In this document: one piece after another, positions 10,174-21,823 of the stretch
How positions within the stretch are numbered: the first letter of the stretch is position 1
Layout of the letters: each line of letters begins with the position of its first letter
Assembly (NCBI GenBank): GCA_003208875.1
Contig: QCUR01000002.1
Coordinates: 64,001 to 128,000, forward strand
DNA from: Prochlorococcus sp. AG-679-M23
Lineage (GTDB): Bacteria > Cyanobacteriota > Cyanobacteriia > PCC-6307 > Cyanobiaceae
Direction: 5' to 3'
DNA length: 64,000 nt
Notes under the pieces: generated by a model
What the model saw: only the letters and a program-made list of their open reading frames with translations
Database searches by the model: none
Told to the model about the DNA's origin: nothing
Made by a program: the position numbers and the translations under genes

Positions 10174-10731
10174 TTAAAATCCTTTATCTTTTATTCCTTT
10201 GTAAGGGGTGTATTTATTTCTTTTTTCAAGTTCTTTACTCTTTTTAATTGCTGTTTTGTTGTTTGGATCTATTACTAAAACTTTCTTATAAGTTGCATAT
10301 GCCAAATCATATTCCAGCAATCTTTGTTGTGCGGATGCAAGATTATTTAAAGCGACTGTATATCCAGGGAGTGATTTTATGGCAGAGTTATAGTGCTTGA
10401 TTGCTTTTTTAAATTCATTTTGCGCTGAATAAGAAAAACCTAGAGCATTTTCAATGATAGCTTTTGCTTCTTCAGGTTCATTATCATAAGATTCAACAGC
10501 TTTCAGAAAAGTCTTAGTTGCCTCTGCATATAACCTTTTTTTTATTTGGATAGAGCCAAATTCGTATAATTCAGAAGCTTTTGTTAGTGAATTTAAGCCT
10601 TTTTGCTCAAATTTTACTAAATTTAATTCTTCTTTTCTTGTCCTAAGAAATTGTCGAAATACAAAAATAGAGATTATTATAAGTACTATAAAAAGTATGA
10701 TCAAATAGGATTGAAAGGAAGATATTTCCAT
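10174..10731 (-). CDS. ycf37: Ycf37-like membrane-anchored TPR protein (PSI assembly)
   Basis: N-terminal TM helix plus TPR repeats (NALGFSY, ALNNLA); downstream of rplT. Confidence 0.8.
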   Translation of the reverse strand: MEISSFQSYLIILFIVLIIISIFVFRQFLRTRKEELNLVKFEQKGLNSLTKASELYEFGSIQIKKRLYAEATKTFLKAVESYDNEPEEAKAIIENALGFSYSAQNEFKKAIKHYNSAIKSLPGYTVALNNLASAQQRLLEYDLAYATYKKVLVIDPNNKTAIKKSKELEKRNKYTPYKGIKDKGF

Positions 10732-10765
10732 TACTTATAATATATTGTTCACAATTTTTTTTAAT

Positions 10766-11113
10766 TTAATTGCTTACGGTAGAAACTATTTTTTCAAAAC
10801 ATTTTGGATCACTAAAAGCTAATTGTGCCAGCATTTTTCTATTGATAATTATGTCAGAGCTCTTCATACCATTAATTAATTTGCTGTAATTTGTGCCATT
10901 AATTCTTGCTGAGGCATTAATTCTTGAAATCCAAAGTCTTCTAAAATCTCTTTTTCTTCTTCTTCTATCTCTATAAGCATTGCAGAGAGCTTTCATTACT
11001 CTTTGATTTGCTGTTCTAAAAAGATTTTTGTTTCCTCCTCTGAAACCTTTTGCAAGGTTTAAGATTTTGTTTCTTCTTTTTCTGGCTATGTTGCCTCTTT
11101 TAACGCGTGCCAT
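10766..11113 (-). CDS. rplT: 50S ribosomal protein L20
   Basis: MARVKRG...[14 protein letters not shown]...NRKMLAQLA. Confidence 0.99.
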   Translation of the reverse strand: MARVKRGNIARKRRNKILNLAKGFRGGNKNLFRTANQRVMKALCNAYRDRRRRKRDFRRLWISRINASARINGTNYSKLINGMKSSDIIINRKMLAQLAFSDPKCFEKIVSTVSN

Positions 11114-11143
11114 AAATCTATTTTAAAAGTAATTTGAATGCTC

Positions 11144-11341
11144 TTAAGCGTAGGGAATCATTAATTTTACATTATCAGCATCTCTTTCATCAACAACAGC
11201 TTTTGTTTTGAGATGTCTCTTCAATTTTGAGCTTTTGTGATCTAATAAATGATTATGGAAAGCCCTTCTTCTAGTAAATTTACCCGTAGCAGTAGCTTTA
11301 AATCTTTTAGCTGCTGATTTACGAGTTTTAAGTTTAGACAT
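11144..11341 (-). CDS. rpmI: 50S ribosomal protein L35
   Basis: [21 protein letters not shown]; upstream of rplT. Confidence 0.99.
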   Translation of the reverse strand: MSKLKTRKSAAKRFKATATGKFTRRRAFHNHLLDHKSSKLKRHLKTKAVVDERDADNVKLMIPYA

Positions 11342-11432
11342 TTCTCTTGATAATGTTTAATCTAAATAATCTAAACCTTTATATGCATTGGTGCAAATTA
11401 AAGTTTTGAATTAAATAAGGTATGTCGAACTT

Positions 11433-12971
11433 ATGTTGCGCAAATTGAACTTAAAGTGTCTGATTTATGTATGTTGGTTATTTAGTTCAACTTTGCCAAT
11501 ATTGACATTAAGTGGCTTTGCAGAAGAATCTTCAAAAATTAATCTTACTCAAGAATTAAAAAAAGGTAATTTTTTAATTGGATTAAAACAATACTTAGGA
11601 GCTAAGAGTGATAACTTTCCAGAAAAAAATAATATTACTTTTACTACAAAAAATGATTTCTTAAAACTCCATTCTAGTAATGGTGTAAAACACAAATCCA
11701 AAAAAATAAATATTGTTTTGAAGAAAAAAACCTTGAAAACCCCTTTTACTGTTGAAAGATTAGTATTTGGTCCATTCGCAAGCTATGAATCTGCACAAAA
11801 GCAAGCTGAAAAATTAAAAGAAAAAGGTTATCAAGCTCTAGTTGCCTTTCCAAACAATTGGGAAGTTTGGATTCCAGTTGGTAAAAATCTTCCTGATAAA
11901 AAACTAAACTATAGACTATTTAAAAAATCCTACAAGTCAACAATTACCCCTTTTCTTGTTACTGAGTACTCGCAACGTGAACTCCAAGGGCCGATATATA
12001 TATATTCATCTAAAGAGATACGAATTAATGATATCAATTTTGGTAAAAAGTTTTATTTAGCTAAAGATTCTTATGGAACTTGGACGTTGATCCAGAAAAT
12101 CAAATTTGATGATTACTTAAAAGGTGTTCTACCACATGAAATTGGTTCAAATTCACCTTTAGAAGCATTGAAAGCACAAGCAGTAATAGCGAGAACTTGG
12201 GCACTTTATAATTCCAATAGATTTAAAATCGATAAATATCATTTGTGTATAACTACTCAATGCCAAGTTTATAAACCTCCTGTGATTAAATATAAAAATG
12301 TACATAAAGCGATAGAAGATACTTCAAATTTAATAATCACTTATAAAAAGAAACCAATTAATTCCTTTTATCATGGATCTAATGGAGGTATATCAGCTCG
12401 TGCAAGCGAATCTTGGCAAATAAAAGATTATCGTTATCTCAGTTCAATGATTGATGGTTTAGGTTCTTTAAAAAAAGCTTTTAAGCTTCCAATTAAAAAT
12501 GGTGATGAATTAAATAAATTCCTCGAGTTTGCAGATGAGAAAGTTTATGGTAAGAAACATTCTCTTTTTCGATGGGAGAAAACACTTTCTAATGAGACGA
12601 TTCAAAATCATCTATTAAATAATCAATTAATTGATGAGAAATCAGATTTGGTTGATCTAAATATTATTGATAGAGGTTTCAGTGGAAGAGTAATAAAATT
12701 AGAAATTAAGCTAAAAAATTTAAAGAGACCAATAATTCTCGTGAAAGATGATATCCGTCGAATATTGAGTTTTTTGCCGAGTAATTTATTTACTATTAAT
12801 AAATTAAATGATAATCTTTGGCTTTTTAAAGGAGGAGGCTTCGGTCATGGTGTAGGTTTATCTCAATCAGGAGCGATAGAAATGGCTGAATTAGGCTTTA
12901 CTTATGAACAAATATTGAAGCATTATTATAAGGGAACAAAAATTAAAAAAATTGAGATATTGTCTCAATAA
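11433..12971 (+). CDS. SpoIID/LytB domain peptidoglycan lytic transglycosylase
   Basis: YLKGVLPHE, EALKAQAVIART, CQVY, GFGHGVGLSQSGA, ILKHYY; signal-like N-terminus. Confidence 0.92.
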   Translation: MLRKLNLKCLIYVCWLFSSTLPILTLSGFAEESSKINLTQELKKGNFLIGLKQYLGAKSDNFPEKNNITFTTKNDFLKLHSSNGVKHKSKKINIVLKKKTLKTPFTVERLVFGPFASYESAQKQAEKLKEKGYQALVAFPNNWEVWIPVGKNLPDKKLNYRLFKKSYKSTITPFLVTEYSQRELQGPIYIYSSKEIRINDINFGKKFYLAKDSYGTWTLIQKIKFDDYLKGVLPHEIGSNSPLEALKAQAVIARTWALYNSNRFKIDKYHLCITTQCQVYKPPVIKYKNVHKAIEDTSNLIITYKKKPINSFYHGSNGGISARASESWQIKDYRYLSSMIDGLGSLKKAFKLPIKNGDELNKFLEFADEKVYGKKHSLFRWEKTLSNETIQNHLLNNQLIDEKSDLVDLNIIDRGFSGRVIKLEIKLKNLKRPIILVKDDIRRILSFLPSNLFTINKLNDNLWLFKGGGFGHGVGLSQSGAIEMAELGFTYEQILKHYYKGTKIKKIEILSQ

Positions 12972-12999
12972 TTAAAATAAAAATTATAAGTTGGAATTT

Positions 13000-14301
13000 A
13001 TGAGTAATGGTTTTTATAAAAATCGAAGATTAAAATCATTTTTATTTTTTGCTGTTTGTTTATTAATAAGTACCATTCCTCATATCTTTCAATTCAAACA
13101 TTTTCCATTTTTTACAATAACGATTTCTGTTTTAGTTGCTTGTTATGGATTAAATGTGATTTCAAAAAACTTAAAAAGAAGTGTTTTTTTACAAAATAAC
13201 GAAAAGATACTAAGTGATGATGAATTACCTGCTCTCGATATTTTAGTTGCTGCCAGAGATGAAGAAAATGTTATTGAAAGATTAGTTAAAAGATTATTTA
13301 ATTTAGATTATCCAATTAATAAATTAAATATTTATGTGATTGATGATGGTAGTTCTGATAAGACTCCATTAATTTTGGAAAGGTTATCTAAAGAGTTTGA
13401 TAAATTAAAAATTATTACTAGATCTGCAAATGCTGGAGGTGGTAAATCAGGAGCATTAAATTATGCTTTAAAGTTTACACACGGAGAATGGCTATTAATA
13501 TTAGATGCTGATGCCCAATTAAAAAATGATACTCTACCAAGACTATTTAAATTCGTTGATGAGGGATCTTGGTCAGCAGTGCAATTAAGAAAATCCGTCA
13601 TCAATGTAAGCAAGAATTTTTTAACTACTTGTCAGTCTATGGAAATGGCAATGGATGCAATTTTTCAATATGGGCGATTATCTGTTGCGGGAGTATCTGA
13701 ATTGAGAGGTAATGGTCAATTAATTAATAAAGCAGTTCTACTTAAATGTGGATCGTTTAATGAAGATACAGTTACTGATGACTTGGATTTAAGCCTTAGG
13801 CTGTTACTTTCTAAAGCAAAAATTGGGATTCTATGGGATCCTCCTGTTATGGAAGAAGCAGTTGAAAATATATCTGCTCTATTTTCACAGAGACAAAGAT
13901 GGGCTGAAGGAGGTTTGCAAAGATTTTTTGATTATGGCGAGCAATTATTTTCAAAAAAAATTGAACTTATTCAAAAGTTTGATTTAACCTTTTTCTTTAT
14001 CTTGCAATATGCCTTGCCTATTATTTCTTTGATTGATTTGATTTTAAGTGTTGCTCTAAAGGAATCACCCAGTTATTGGCCAATCTCCATAACAGCATTT
14101 ACTTTGTCGGGAATTGCAGTTTGGTATGGCTCTTCATGCAAGAGTGAAGGTCCAGTTTTACAAAATCTCAATTTGATGATGATGTTAGTTTCTCTTGTAT
14201 ATCTATCTCATTGGTTTTTAGTCATACCATGGGTAACAATAAAAATGTCTATTTTTCCTAAAAAGATTCTCTGGAAGAAAACACTTCATACCGGTGTTTA
14301 A
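13000..14301 (+). CDS. GT2 membrane glycosyltransferase, probable monoglucosyldiacylglycerol synthase (MgdA-like)
   Basis: DDGSSD, GKSGALN, LDAD, LRGNGQ, TDDLDL, QRQRW; N- and C-terminal TM helices; start 13000 or 12991. Confidence 0.8.
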   Translation: MSNGFYKNRRLKSFLFFAVCLLISTIPHIFQFKHFPFFTITISVLVACYGLNVISKNLKRSVFLQNNEKILSDDELPALDILVAARDEENVIERLVKRLFNLDYPINKLNIYVIDDGSSDKTPLILERLSKEFDKLKIITRSANAGGGKSGALNYALKFTHGEWLLILDADAQLKNDTLPRLFKFVDEGSWSAVQLRKSVINVSKNFLTTCQSMEMAMDAIFQYGRLSVAGVSELRGNGQLINKAVLLKCGSFNEDTVTDDLDLSLRLLLSKAKIGILWDPPVMEEAVENISALFSQRQRWAEGGLQRFFDYGEQLFSKKIELIQKFDLTFFFILQYALPIISLIDLILSVALKESPSYWPISITAFTLSGIAVWYGSSCKSEGPVLQNLNLMMMLVSLVYLSHWFLVIPWVTIKMSIFPKKILWKKTLHTGV

Positions 14302-14302
14302 G

Positions 14303-16042
14303 TTATTCATCTAAATCAATAATTTCTCCGTTAAAAAAATTTGCTAAATTTTTGGAACTATTATCATAGGATTCTGGTTGAGGTTTATTAGTTGTGGAGG
14401 GCGAATTTTGAAAAACAGTGCTTTGCCTTTCCTTGTTTTCATTTGATTTCTTAATTACTCTCTCTTGTAATTTTGAAGTATCTTTAATATTAATTTTTTT
14501 GCTAGAAAAGTTAAGTTTTACTTTATCCCCAAATACTTTTTTTATAGCATTCTCAATTATTACTTTTCGACTTTTGATCATATTTTCCCAGTTAGGAGAT
14601 AATGTTATTAAAACTTCATTTGAATCAATACTGGCAAGTTCTGCTTGCTGAGAAAGTAACATTTTTGTTGATGGCAATTCTAATTTAGAAAGAATTAGCT
14701 CCCACTTTTCTTTTAAATAATCATCTTGATTATCATTTTTAGAATTTTGGTTAATATCTTGATTATTAATTAATTCTTTCTTATTGAAATCTTCTGATTC
14801 ATTTTGGTTGTTATTTTCTTCTGAGATAACTTGTTTATTAATTAATTTTTTCTTATTGAAATCTTCTGATTCAGTTTGGTTATTATTATATTCTGGAGTA
14901 ACTTGATTATTAACTAATTCTTTCTTATTAACTATTGTTTGAATGATATTTTCTTCAAGAAGACTTGTTAGGTGTATTTCTAACCATAATCTCGGATTGT
15001 CGCTTGTTTTGATTTGATAATCAACATTCTTAAGCTTTTTATGCCAGTCAATAATTCTGTTTTTACTAATGTTGTTGGAAAATTTATTTAATTCATTTTG
15101 AAATTCAATAGATGTATAATAAATTTCTGAATAATTATTATTTAAAGTTTTAAGTAAAAGGTCTCTAGTAATATTTAATAAACCAACTAATATCTCATTT
15201 GGTTCATTTCCTGCATCATATAAATTATTACAACTAATTAATAACGACTCTGGTTCATTATTAATTAATGCGTTGATTAAATTAGTTAAATCATTTTCGG
15301 ATACTTCTCCCAGCAAGTTTTGAACATTTTTAGTAGTTACGCCATCAGGAAGAAGACTTAATTGATCTAGTAAACTTTGTGCATCGCGCATTCCACCATT
15401 AGATCTTTTTGCAATTAATTTAAGAGCTTGATCTTCAAATTTAATTGATTCTTTATTTGCTATTACAGAAAGGTTGTGGAAGATAGTATTTGAGCTGATT
15501 CTTTTAAAATCAAATTTCTGACATCTACTTTGAATGGTATTTATGACTCTTTCAGGATTTGTTGTTGCAAGAATAAAAACAACTTTTTCAGGAGGTTCTT
15601 CAATAGTTTTGAGTAAAGCATTTGATGCAGCTGTTGAAAGCATATGACATTCATCAATAACATATACTTTCCATCTTGCTTGAGTAGGAGCAAATCTTGC
15701 TCTATCAATTATTTCTCTTATATTTTCAACTCCAGTATTAGATGCGGCATCAATTTCAATAATATCTAGGGCATTACCATCGGCAATTTGTATGCATAAG
15801 TCGCATTTCCCACATGGATTTGGTGTAGGTTGTTCAGATGATAGGCAATTTAATGATTTTGCAAATATTCTTGCACTTGATGTTTTCCCTGTCCCTCTAG
15901 GTCCATTAAAGAGATAAGCGGGGGCAATTTTTTGAGATATTAATGCTTGTTTAAGAGTGATTGATATAAATTCTTGACCAACCAGCTCATCAAGGTTATG
16001 AGGCCTGTATTTCTGATGAAAAGGTTTATGTGTATTGAGCAT
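14303..16042 (-). CDS. dnaX: DNA polymerase III subunit gamma/tau
   Basis: KYRP, GPRGTGKTS, CGKCDLC Zn motif, EIDAASN, DECHML, SRC. Confidence 0.97.
   Translation of the reverse strand: MLNTHKPFHQKYRPHNLDELVGQEFISITLKQALISQKIAPAYLFNGPRGTGKTSSARIFAKSLNCLSSEQPTPNPCGKCDLCIQIADGNALDIIEIDAASNTGVENIREIIDRARFAPTQARWKVYVIDECHMLSTAASNALLKTIEEPPEKVVFILATTNPERVINTIQSRCQKFDFKRISSNTIFHNLSVIANKESIKFEDQALKLIAKRSNGGMRDAQSLLDQLSLLPDGVTTKNVQNLLGEVSENDLTNLINALINNEPESLLISCNNLYDAGNEPNEILVGLLNITRDLLLKTLNNNYSEIYYTSIEFQNELNKFSNNISKNRIIDWHKKLKNVDYQIKTSDNPRLWLEIHLTSLLEENIIQTIVNKKELVNNQVTPEYNNNQTESEDFNKKKLINKQVISEENNNQNESEDFNKKELINNQDINQNSKNDNQDDYLKEKWELILSKLELPSTKMLLSQQAELASIDSNEVLITLSPNWENMIKSRKVIIENAIKKVFGDKVKLNFSSKKINIKDTSKLQERVIKKSNENKERQSTVFQNSPSTTNKPQPESYDNSSKNLANFFNGEIIDLDE
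14759..14929. repeat. Imperfect 72-bp in-frame tandem repeat (about 2.4 copies) in the dnaX linker
   Basis: Units start at 14759, 14831 and 14903; core ttcttattgaaatcttctgattca is identical in the first two; protein NNNQ[T/N]ESEDFNKK[K/E]LIN occurs twice. Confidence 0.92.
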
Positions 16043-16099
16043 TTATTATTTTTAATTACATGATTAAAGTAGAATTGTGAGAAACGATAACCTTAATTT

Positions 16100-17467
16100 T
16101 TATGCAGATTCTTTAATAATCCTTTGAGTTCCTGCAGGAAGTTTAACAATTTTAGACAAGAACAGTTTGTCTACCATTTTTTTCGTAATAGTGAACTCTT
16201 TAACTTCTTCTTGTGATGGAAGTGTATACATCAAATCAAGCATTAATTCTTCAATTATTGATCTAAGAGCTCTAGCTCCCGTTTTTCTTTTAAAAGCTTC
16301 ATTAGCAATTGCTTCCACAGATTCTGGTTCAAAATTTAATTCAACGTTATCCATACTCAATAAAGTTTTAAATTGCTTTACTAGTGCATCTCTTGGTTCT
16401 GTCAGAATTGATTCAAGAATTTCTTTAGTAAGACGATCTAATACTGCGCATACAGGAATTCTTCCGATGAATTCTGGAATTAATCCATATTTGACTAGAT
16501 CATCTAGTTCCAAATTATTGAGAGCATCTCGAGAATCAACTATTTTTTTTGCATTTATTTTGCTTTCGTCAGGGTTGGTAGTAAATCCAATTGAATTTTT
16601 CCCTAAACGTTTTTGAACAATATCCTCTAAACCTATAAATGCACCTCCACATATAAATAAAATCTGACTTGTATCGATTTGAATACAGTCATGATTAGGG
16701 TGTTTTCTTCCTCCTTGTGGTGGAACATTGGCAATTGTTCCTTCAAGCATTTTTAATAATGCTTGTTGAACTCCTTCTCCCGATACATCTCTTGTTATTG
16801 ATGGGTTTTCACTCTTTCTAGCGATCTTATCTATTTCATCAATGTATATGATCCCCTTTTGAGCTAAATCCACATTCATTTCTGATTTTTGTAGAAGTCT
16901 CAAAAGGATATTTTCAACATCCTCGCCAACATATCCAGCTTCAGTAAGACTTGTTGCATCAGCTACTGCAAAAGGAACATCAAGAAATTCAGCTAAAGTT
17001 TGTGCTAATAACGTTTTACCACTTCCAGTTGGGCCAATTAGTAAGATGTTTGATTTTTGTAGTTTAGTTGCTTGTAAATCATTAGGATTATTATCTTTAT
17101 TTTCTTCTTTTAATCTCCAAGCTAGTCTTTTATAGTGATTATAAACAGCAACTGATAGTATTTTTTTTGCAGATTCTTGACCTACAACCTGATTATCAAG
17201 AAAAGTTTTAATTTCAAGTGGTTTGGGGATAGAAGTTAATTCTAATGGAATAGATTTATCAGAATTATTAGTTGATAATTTTTTCTTTACTTGTGGTGAG
17301 TTATTGATTTTTGCTTGAGTATCAATTAATTCTTCATCGAGTATTTCATTGCAAAGGTCTATGCATTCATCACAAATGTAAACCCCCGGACCAGCTATAA
17401 GTTTTCTAACTTGATCTTGTGATTTACCACAAAAAGAACATTTTAGATGGGCGTCGAATTTAGCCAT
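16100..17467 (-). CDS. clpX: ATP-dependent Clp protease ATP-binding subunit ClpX
   Basis: CSFCGK/CDEC Zn domain, [19 protein letters not shown] loop. Confidence 0.98.
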   Translation of the reverse strand: MAKFDAHLKCSFCGKSQDQVRKLIAGPGVYICDECIDLCNEILDEELIDTQAKINNSPQVKKKLSTNNSDKSIPLELTSIPKPLEIKTFLDNQVVGQESAKKILSVAVYNHYKRLAWRLKEENKDNNPNDLQATKLQKSNILLIGPTGSGKTLLAQTLAEFLDVPFAVADATSLTEAGYVGEDVENILLRLLQKSEMNVDLAQKGIIYIDEIDKIARKSENPSITRDVSGEGVQQALLKMLEGTIANVPPQGGRKHPNHDCIQIDTSQILFICGGAFIGLEDIVQKRLGKNSIGFTTNPDESKINAKKIVDSRDALNNLELDDLVKYGLIPEFIGRIPVCAVLDRLTKEILESILTEPRDALVKQFKTLLSMDNVELNFEPESVEAIANEAFKRKTGARALRSIIEELMLDLMYTLPSQEEVKEFTITKKMVDKLFLSKIVKLPAGTQRIIKESA

Positions 17468-17569
17468 CGATTAACAAAGCTTGTATAGAATAAAGAAGGT
17501 AGAATATCCCTTACTTATTAGGATTGCTTATAAAATTGGATTCGTCATCATATTCTTAAAATATTCCTT

Positions 17570-18220
17570 TTACTTGTCATTTTTTATGACTTTATCAATT
17601 AGTCCATATTCAACTGCTTCTGCAGGTGATAGAAAATAGTCTCTTTCAGTATCTTCATTAATTTTTTCTAAAGATTGATTAGTATGTTCTGCTAAAAGAG
17701 AATTTAATGTTTTTTTGAGAAAAAGTATTTCTTTTGCTTGTATCTCAATTTCAACTGCTTGGCCTTGAGCACCTCCAAGTGGCTGATGAATCATTATTCT
17801 CGAATTAGGTAAAGCTAACCTTTTTCCTTTTGCCCCCCCACTAAGGAGAAATGCCCCCATACTTGCAGCTACACCAAAACAGATTGTTACAACGTCTGGA
17901 GAGATTTGCTGCATCGTATCGTATATAGCTAATCCAGCAGTAACAGAACCACCGGGAGAATTTATATATATTTGTATGTCTTTGTCAGGATCTTCTGCTT
18001 CAAGAAATAATAATTGTGCAACTAATGAATCTGATACTTGATCGTTAATCCCGGTACCTAAAAATATTATCCTTTCCCTTAATAATCTTGAATATATATC
18101 AAATGCTCTCTCTCCTCTTCCAGATTGTTCTACTACAGTAGGAACAGCAGATCTTGAGTTGTCAATAATATCGTGAAAATTTATTGAACTTTGAATTAAA
18201 TGTTTTTTTTCAGAATACAC
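17570..18220 (-). CDS. clpP: Clp protease proteolytic subunit
   Basis: [38 protein letters not shown]; between tig and clpX; exact start uncertain. Confidence 0.97.
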   Translation of the reverse strand: MYSEKKHLIQSSINFHDIIDNSRSAVPTVVEQSGRGERAFDIYSRLLRERIIFLGTGINDQVSDSLVAQLLFLEAEDPDKDIQIYINSPGGSVTAGLAIYDTMQQISPDVVTICFGVAASMGAFLLSGGAKGKRLALPNSRIMIHQPLGGAQGQAVEIEIQAKEILFLKKTLNSLLAEHTNQSLEKINEDTERDYFLSPAEAVEYGLIDKVIKNDK

Positions 18221-18285
18221 TTAGTTGGTCTCTTTCTTTATCTAATTTAAGGGTTTTTTTGCTGATTAGTTAAATTTTTTATAAA

Positions 18286-19683
18286 TTAATTTTTTTCTTT
18301 TTTATTTACCTTGGGTTTACTTTTAGTTTGAACTCCTTTTTTTGCAGTTGATTTTATTGTTTTTTCACTTATTTCTTTTACTTCTGAATTTTCTTCAAGC
18401 CAAGTGATTAACTTTTCTTTTAGGAGATCGTTACGAACTACATCTTTTAATTTCTGAATGTCAATTTGTTTGGGTGATTGAGAAATTTCATCTTCATATT
18501 CCTTCATTTTTTGATCTATTTCTTTATCCTCGACTGTAATTTGTTCTCTTTGTGATAATGCTTTTAAAGCTAAATTTCTTTGAACATTCTTTTCAGCTTG
18601 AGGACGAGTTGATTCGGCTAAAGATTTAACTAGTTCTGGAGTGAAAGTTGATTTAATATCCATGCCTTGTTGAGCAAATCTTTGCGCCGTTTGTTCAATA
18701 TTATTTTGAACCTCAATATCAATCATTGCTTTTGGAATCTCAGCATCTAATTCTTTGGATAGTGCATCCATTAAAGCTTCAATTTTAATATTTTTTTGAG
18801 TATTATCAAAATTCTCCTTTAGTTGTATTTCTATATCTTTTTTTAGTTCTTTTAATGAATCTTTATTTCCAGATTGTTTTGCAAAATCATCATTAAGTTC
18901 TGGCAATTCTTTTTCTTTAAGATCTTTCAGGGTTACTTCAAAGATTGCTTCTTTACCTCTGGAATCTTCATGAGAATAGTCTTCAGGAAATTTTAGATTA
19001 AGAGTTTTATTATCATCAATTTTCATACCAACAATTCCCTCAACGAAGCCTGGAATCATTTTGTTCTTTTCTAATTCAAGATCCATTGAATCACTAGATC
19101 CCCCGTCGATTTCTTTTTTGGAATCTTTGTAAATGCCTTTGAAACTAACTACTGCGATGTCTCCTAACTTAGCGGGCCTATTATTAACTGGAATAATATT
19201 TGCTAATTGATTTCTTGACTTTTCTAAAGCTTCATCTATAGATTTAGGATCAAATTTACTTTTTTTAATCTCAACTGATAATCCTTTAGATTTTTTTAAT
19301 TTTAATTCCGGCGCGACATCAGTTTGTAGAGTAATTTTTAAAGGTTTTTCTGGACTAAAATTTTTAAGTATTGATTCAAATCCATCAATTAATTCTGGTT
19401 CACTTAGTGGCTCTATTGATTCCATCTTTAAAGCCTGGTTCCAAGATTTATCAATTATTTTTTCTAGGGCAGAGGCATGTAGTTGAGTGATTCCGATTCG
19501 TTGTATTAACACTTGTTTAGGGATTTTCCCAAGCCTAAATCCAGGAATTTTGGCTGAACGACTAATTGAATTTATTGTCTCATTTACGCATGATTTGCAT
19601 GTATCAGATGGTATTTCTAATTCAAGCGCAATTCTACTTTGAGGTAGTGTGATCGTTTTTACTATTAATGCTTCTTTAATCAT
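18286..19683 (-). CDS. tig: Trigger factor
   Basis: IPGFRLGKIP ribosome-binding motif; FKBP domain (MIPGFVEG, FPEDY). Confidence 0.96.
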   Translation of the reverse strand: MIKEALIVKTITLPQSRIALELEIPSDTCKSCVNETINSISRSAKIPGFRLGKIPKQVLIQRIGITQLHASALEKIIDKSWNQALKMESIEPLSEPELIDGFESILKNFSPEKPLKITLQTDVAPELKLKKSKGLSVEIKKSKFDPKSIDEALEKSRNQLANIIPVNNRPAKLGDIAVVSFKGIYKDSKKEIDGGSSDSMDLELEKNKMIPGFVEGIVGMKIDDNKTLNLKFPEDYSHEDSRGKEAIFEVTLKDLKEKELPELNDDFAKQSGNKDSLKELKKDIEIQLKENFDNTQKNIKIEALMDALSKELDAEIPKAMIDIEVQNNIEQTAQRFAQQGMDIKSTFTPELVKSLAESTRPQAEKNVQRNLALKALSQREQITVEDKEIDQKMKEYEDEISQSPKQIDIQKLKDVVRNDLLKEKLITWLEENSEVKEISEKTIKSTAKKGVQTKSKPKVNKKEKN

Positions 19684-19810
19684 GTTTGAGTTTTTTAAAT
19701 TATTTCAATAAGCAGAAACTTAATTATTCCACATTAAGTGATTTCCTTGAAGTTAACTTTTTTGATAAAGTAAGAAAAATATTAAATTTCATAATTTTTC
19801 AATTTGTATA

Positions 19811-20842
19811 GTGAGAAAATCTCCTTTTTTGCCAAATAGACCATTAAAAGTCGCTATTTTAGGATCTTCGGGTGCTGTTGGATCTGAACTACTTAAAATT
19901 CTTGAAGAAAGAGATTTTCCTATCTCAGATTTAATTTTGCTATCGTCTGAGCGGTCAGAAGGAAAAATAATAAAATGGAAAGGAGAAGAAATTGTTACTA
20001 AAAAAGCTTCAAAAGAAGAATTTTTGAATGTTGATTTAGTTCTTGCTTCCGCAGGTGGAAGTATTTCAAAAAAATGGTTATCTACAGTTAAAGATCAAAA
20101 TGCTGTTCTAATTGATAATTCAAGTGCATTTAGATTAGAAAATGATGTTCCTCTTGTTGTTCCGGAAGTCAATGCTTGTGATGCTTTAAAGCATAATGGT
20201 GTTATCGCTAATCCGAATTGCACAACTATATTACTGACTTTAGTTTTAGCTCCCTTGAATAAAATTTCTTCGATTAAAAGAGTAATCGTTTCAACTTATC
20301 AATCGGTAAGTGGAGCAGGGCAATTAGCAATGGAAGAATTACAGTTTTTAACTAAGAAATATTTGCAGGGAGATCCAAAAGAAAGTGAAGTCTTACCATA
20401 TTCATTAGCCTTTAATCTTTTTCTACATAATTCACCAATGCTTTCAAATAATTACTGCGAAGAAGAGATGAAAATGACAAATGAAACTCGCAAAATACTA
20501 AATAATACTGATTTAAAACTTTCTTCAACATGCGTTCGAGTTCCAGTTCTTAGAGCCCATTCTGAATCAGTTAATATTGAATTTGATAATGTTATCAAAC
20601 CTTCTTATGCTATTAATCAATTAAAAAAAGCTAAAGGTTTAGAAATAATAGAAGATTATGAAAAAAATAGGTTTCCCATGCCAAATGATGTGATGGGAAA
20701 AGATAATATTGCTGTAGGAAGAATAAGAACTGATATTAGTAATCCCAATGGATTAGAATTGTGGTTATGCGGTGATCAAATAAGGAAAGGAGCAGCACTT
20801 AATGCTGTTCAAATTGCTGAATTATTAATTGAAAACAAATGA
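19811..20842 (+). CDS. asd: Aspartate-semialdehyde dehydrogenase
   Basis: [37 protein letters not shown]. Confidence 0.97.
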   Translation: MRKSPFLPNRPLKVAILGSSGAVGSELLKILEERDFPISDLILLSSERSEGKIIKWKGEEIVTKKASKEEFLNVDLVLASAGGSISKKWLSTVKDQNAVLIDNSSAFRLENDVPLVVPEVNACDALKHNGVIANPNCTTILLTLVLAPLNKISSIKRVIVSTYQSVSGAGQLAMEELQFLTKKYLQGDPKESEVLPYSLAFNLFLHNSPMLSNNYCEEEMKMTNETRKILNNTDLKLSSTCVRVPVLRAHSESVNIEFDNVIKPSYAINQLKKAKGLEIIEDYEKNRFPMPNDVMGKDNIAVGRIRTDISNPNGLELWLCGDQIRKGAALNAVQIAELLIENK

Positions 20843-21747
20843 TTCCCAACAATAATAAATTTTCTAATCCATTATTTGGAAGAATTTTGACAGCTATGGT
20901 TACTCCATTTAAAGGAGATGGTTCAGTTGATTATGAATTAGCTATTAAACTTTCTCATTACCTTTGTGAAAATGGCTCTGATGGAATTGTGCTTTGTGGG
21001 ACTACAGGAGAGTCTCCAACTCTTTCATGGAAAGAACAACATAATTTATTTGTTGCAGTAAAAGGTTCTTTAAAGTCTAATTCTAAAGTCATTGTTGGTA
21101 CAGGCAGCAATTGTACAAGTGAGGCTATAGAAGCTACCCAAAAAGCTTATGAATTTGGTGCAGATGGCGCATTAGTTGTTGTCCCTTATTACAATAAGCC
21201 CCCTCAAGAAGGTCTCTATACTCACTTTAGTTCTATAGCTAATGCAGCTAGTGATTTGCCTTTAATGTTATATAACATTCCTGGAAGAACTGGGTGTAAT
21301 TTATTGCCCACCACTGTAAATAAACTTATGGATTTTCCAAATATTCTCAGTATTAAAGCAGCAAGCGGTAGAATAGAGGAAGTGACAGAGTTAAGGGCAG
21401 CTTGCGGCTCTAAACTTTCCATATATAGTGGCGATGATTCATTATTGCTTCCTATGTTATCTGTTGGTGCTGTTGGTGTAGTAAGTGTTGCGAGCCACAT
21501 AGTTGGTTTGCAGCTTAAAATTATGATTGAATCATTTCAAAAAGGGGAAGTATCTATTGCTCTAGATATTCATGAAAAACTGCAACCACTTTTCAAAGCA
21601 CTCTTTGAAACGACAAATCCAATTCCCATCAAAGCAGCTTTAGAATTAAAAGGGTGGCAAGTTGGGTCTCCTAGGAATCCACTAACGCCTCTTATTAAAG
21701 AAAAGAGAGAAAGCTTACTTCAGATAATTCAAAATCTGTCTTTGTAA
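20839..21747 (+). CDS. dapA: 4-hydroxy-tetrahydrodipicolinate synthase
   Basis: [32 protein letters not shown] overlap with asd. Confidence 0.97.
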   Translation: MIPNNNKFSNPLFGRILTAMVTPFKGDGSVDYELAIKLSHYLCENGSDGIVLCGTTGESPTLSWKEQHNLFVAVKGSLKSNSKVIVGTGSNCTSEAIEATQKAYEFGADGALVVVPYYNKPPQEGLYTHFSSIANAASDLPLMLYNIPGRTGCNLLPTTVNKLMDFPNILSIKAASGRIEEVTELRAACGSKLSIYSGDDSLLLPMLSVGAVGVVSVASHIVGLQLKIMIESFQKGEVSIALDIHEKLQPLFKALFETTNPIPIKAALELKGWQVGSPRNPLTPLIKEKRESLLQIIQNLSL

Positions 21748-21823
21748 ATACTTTTTTTAACGCTTTAATAAAGTTACTTTGACTTAAATAACCACAATTT
21801 TTGCTTGTTAAAATACTTTTATT

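Noticed and set aside
14759..14929. CRISPR-like reading of the 72-bp periodic repeat
   Set aside because: In frame within dnaX, similarity spans the whole unit (no unique spacers), under three copies, no cas genes
14303..16042. Programmed -1 frameshift producing a gamma subunit from dnaX
   Set aside because: No A_AAA_AAG heptamer with a downstream hairpin seen; the closest match, near 15035-15041, is T_AAA_AAG
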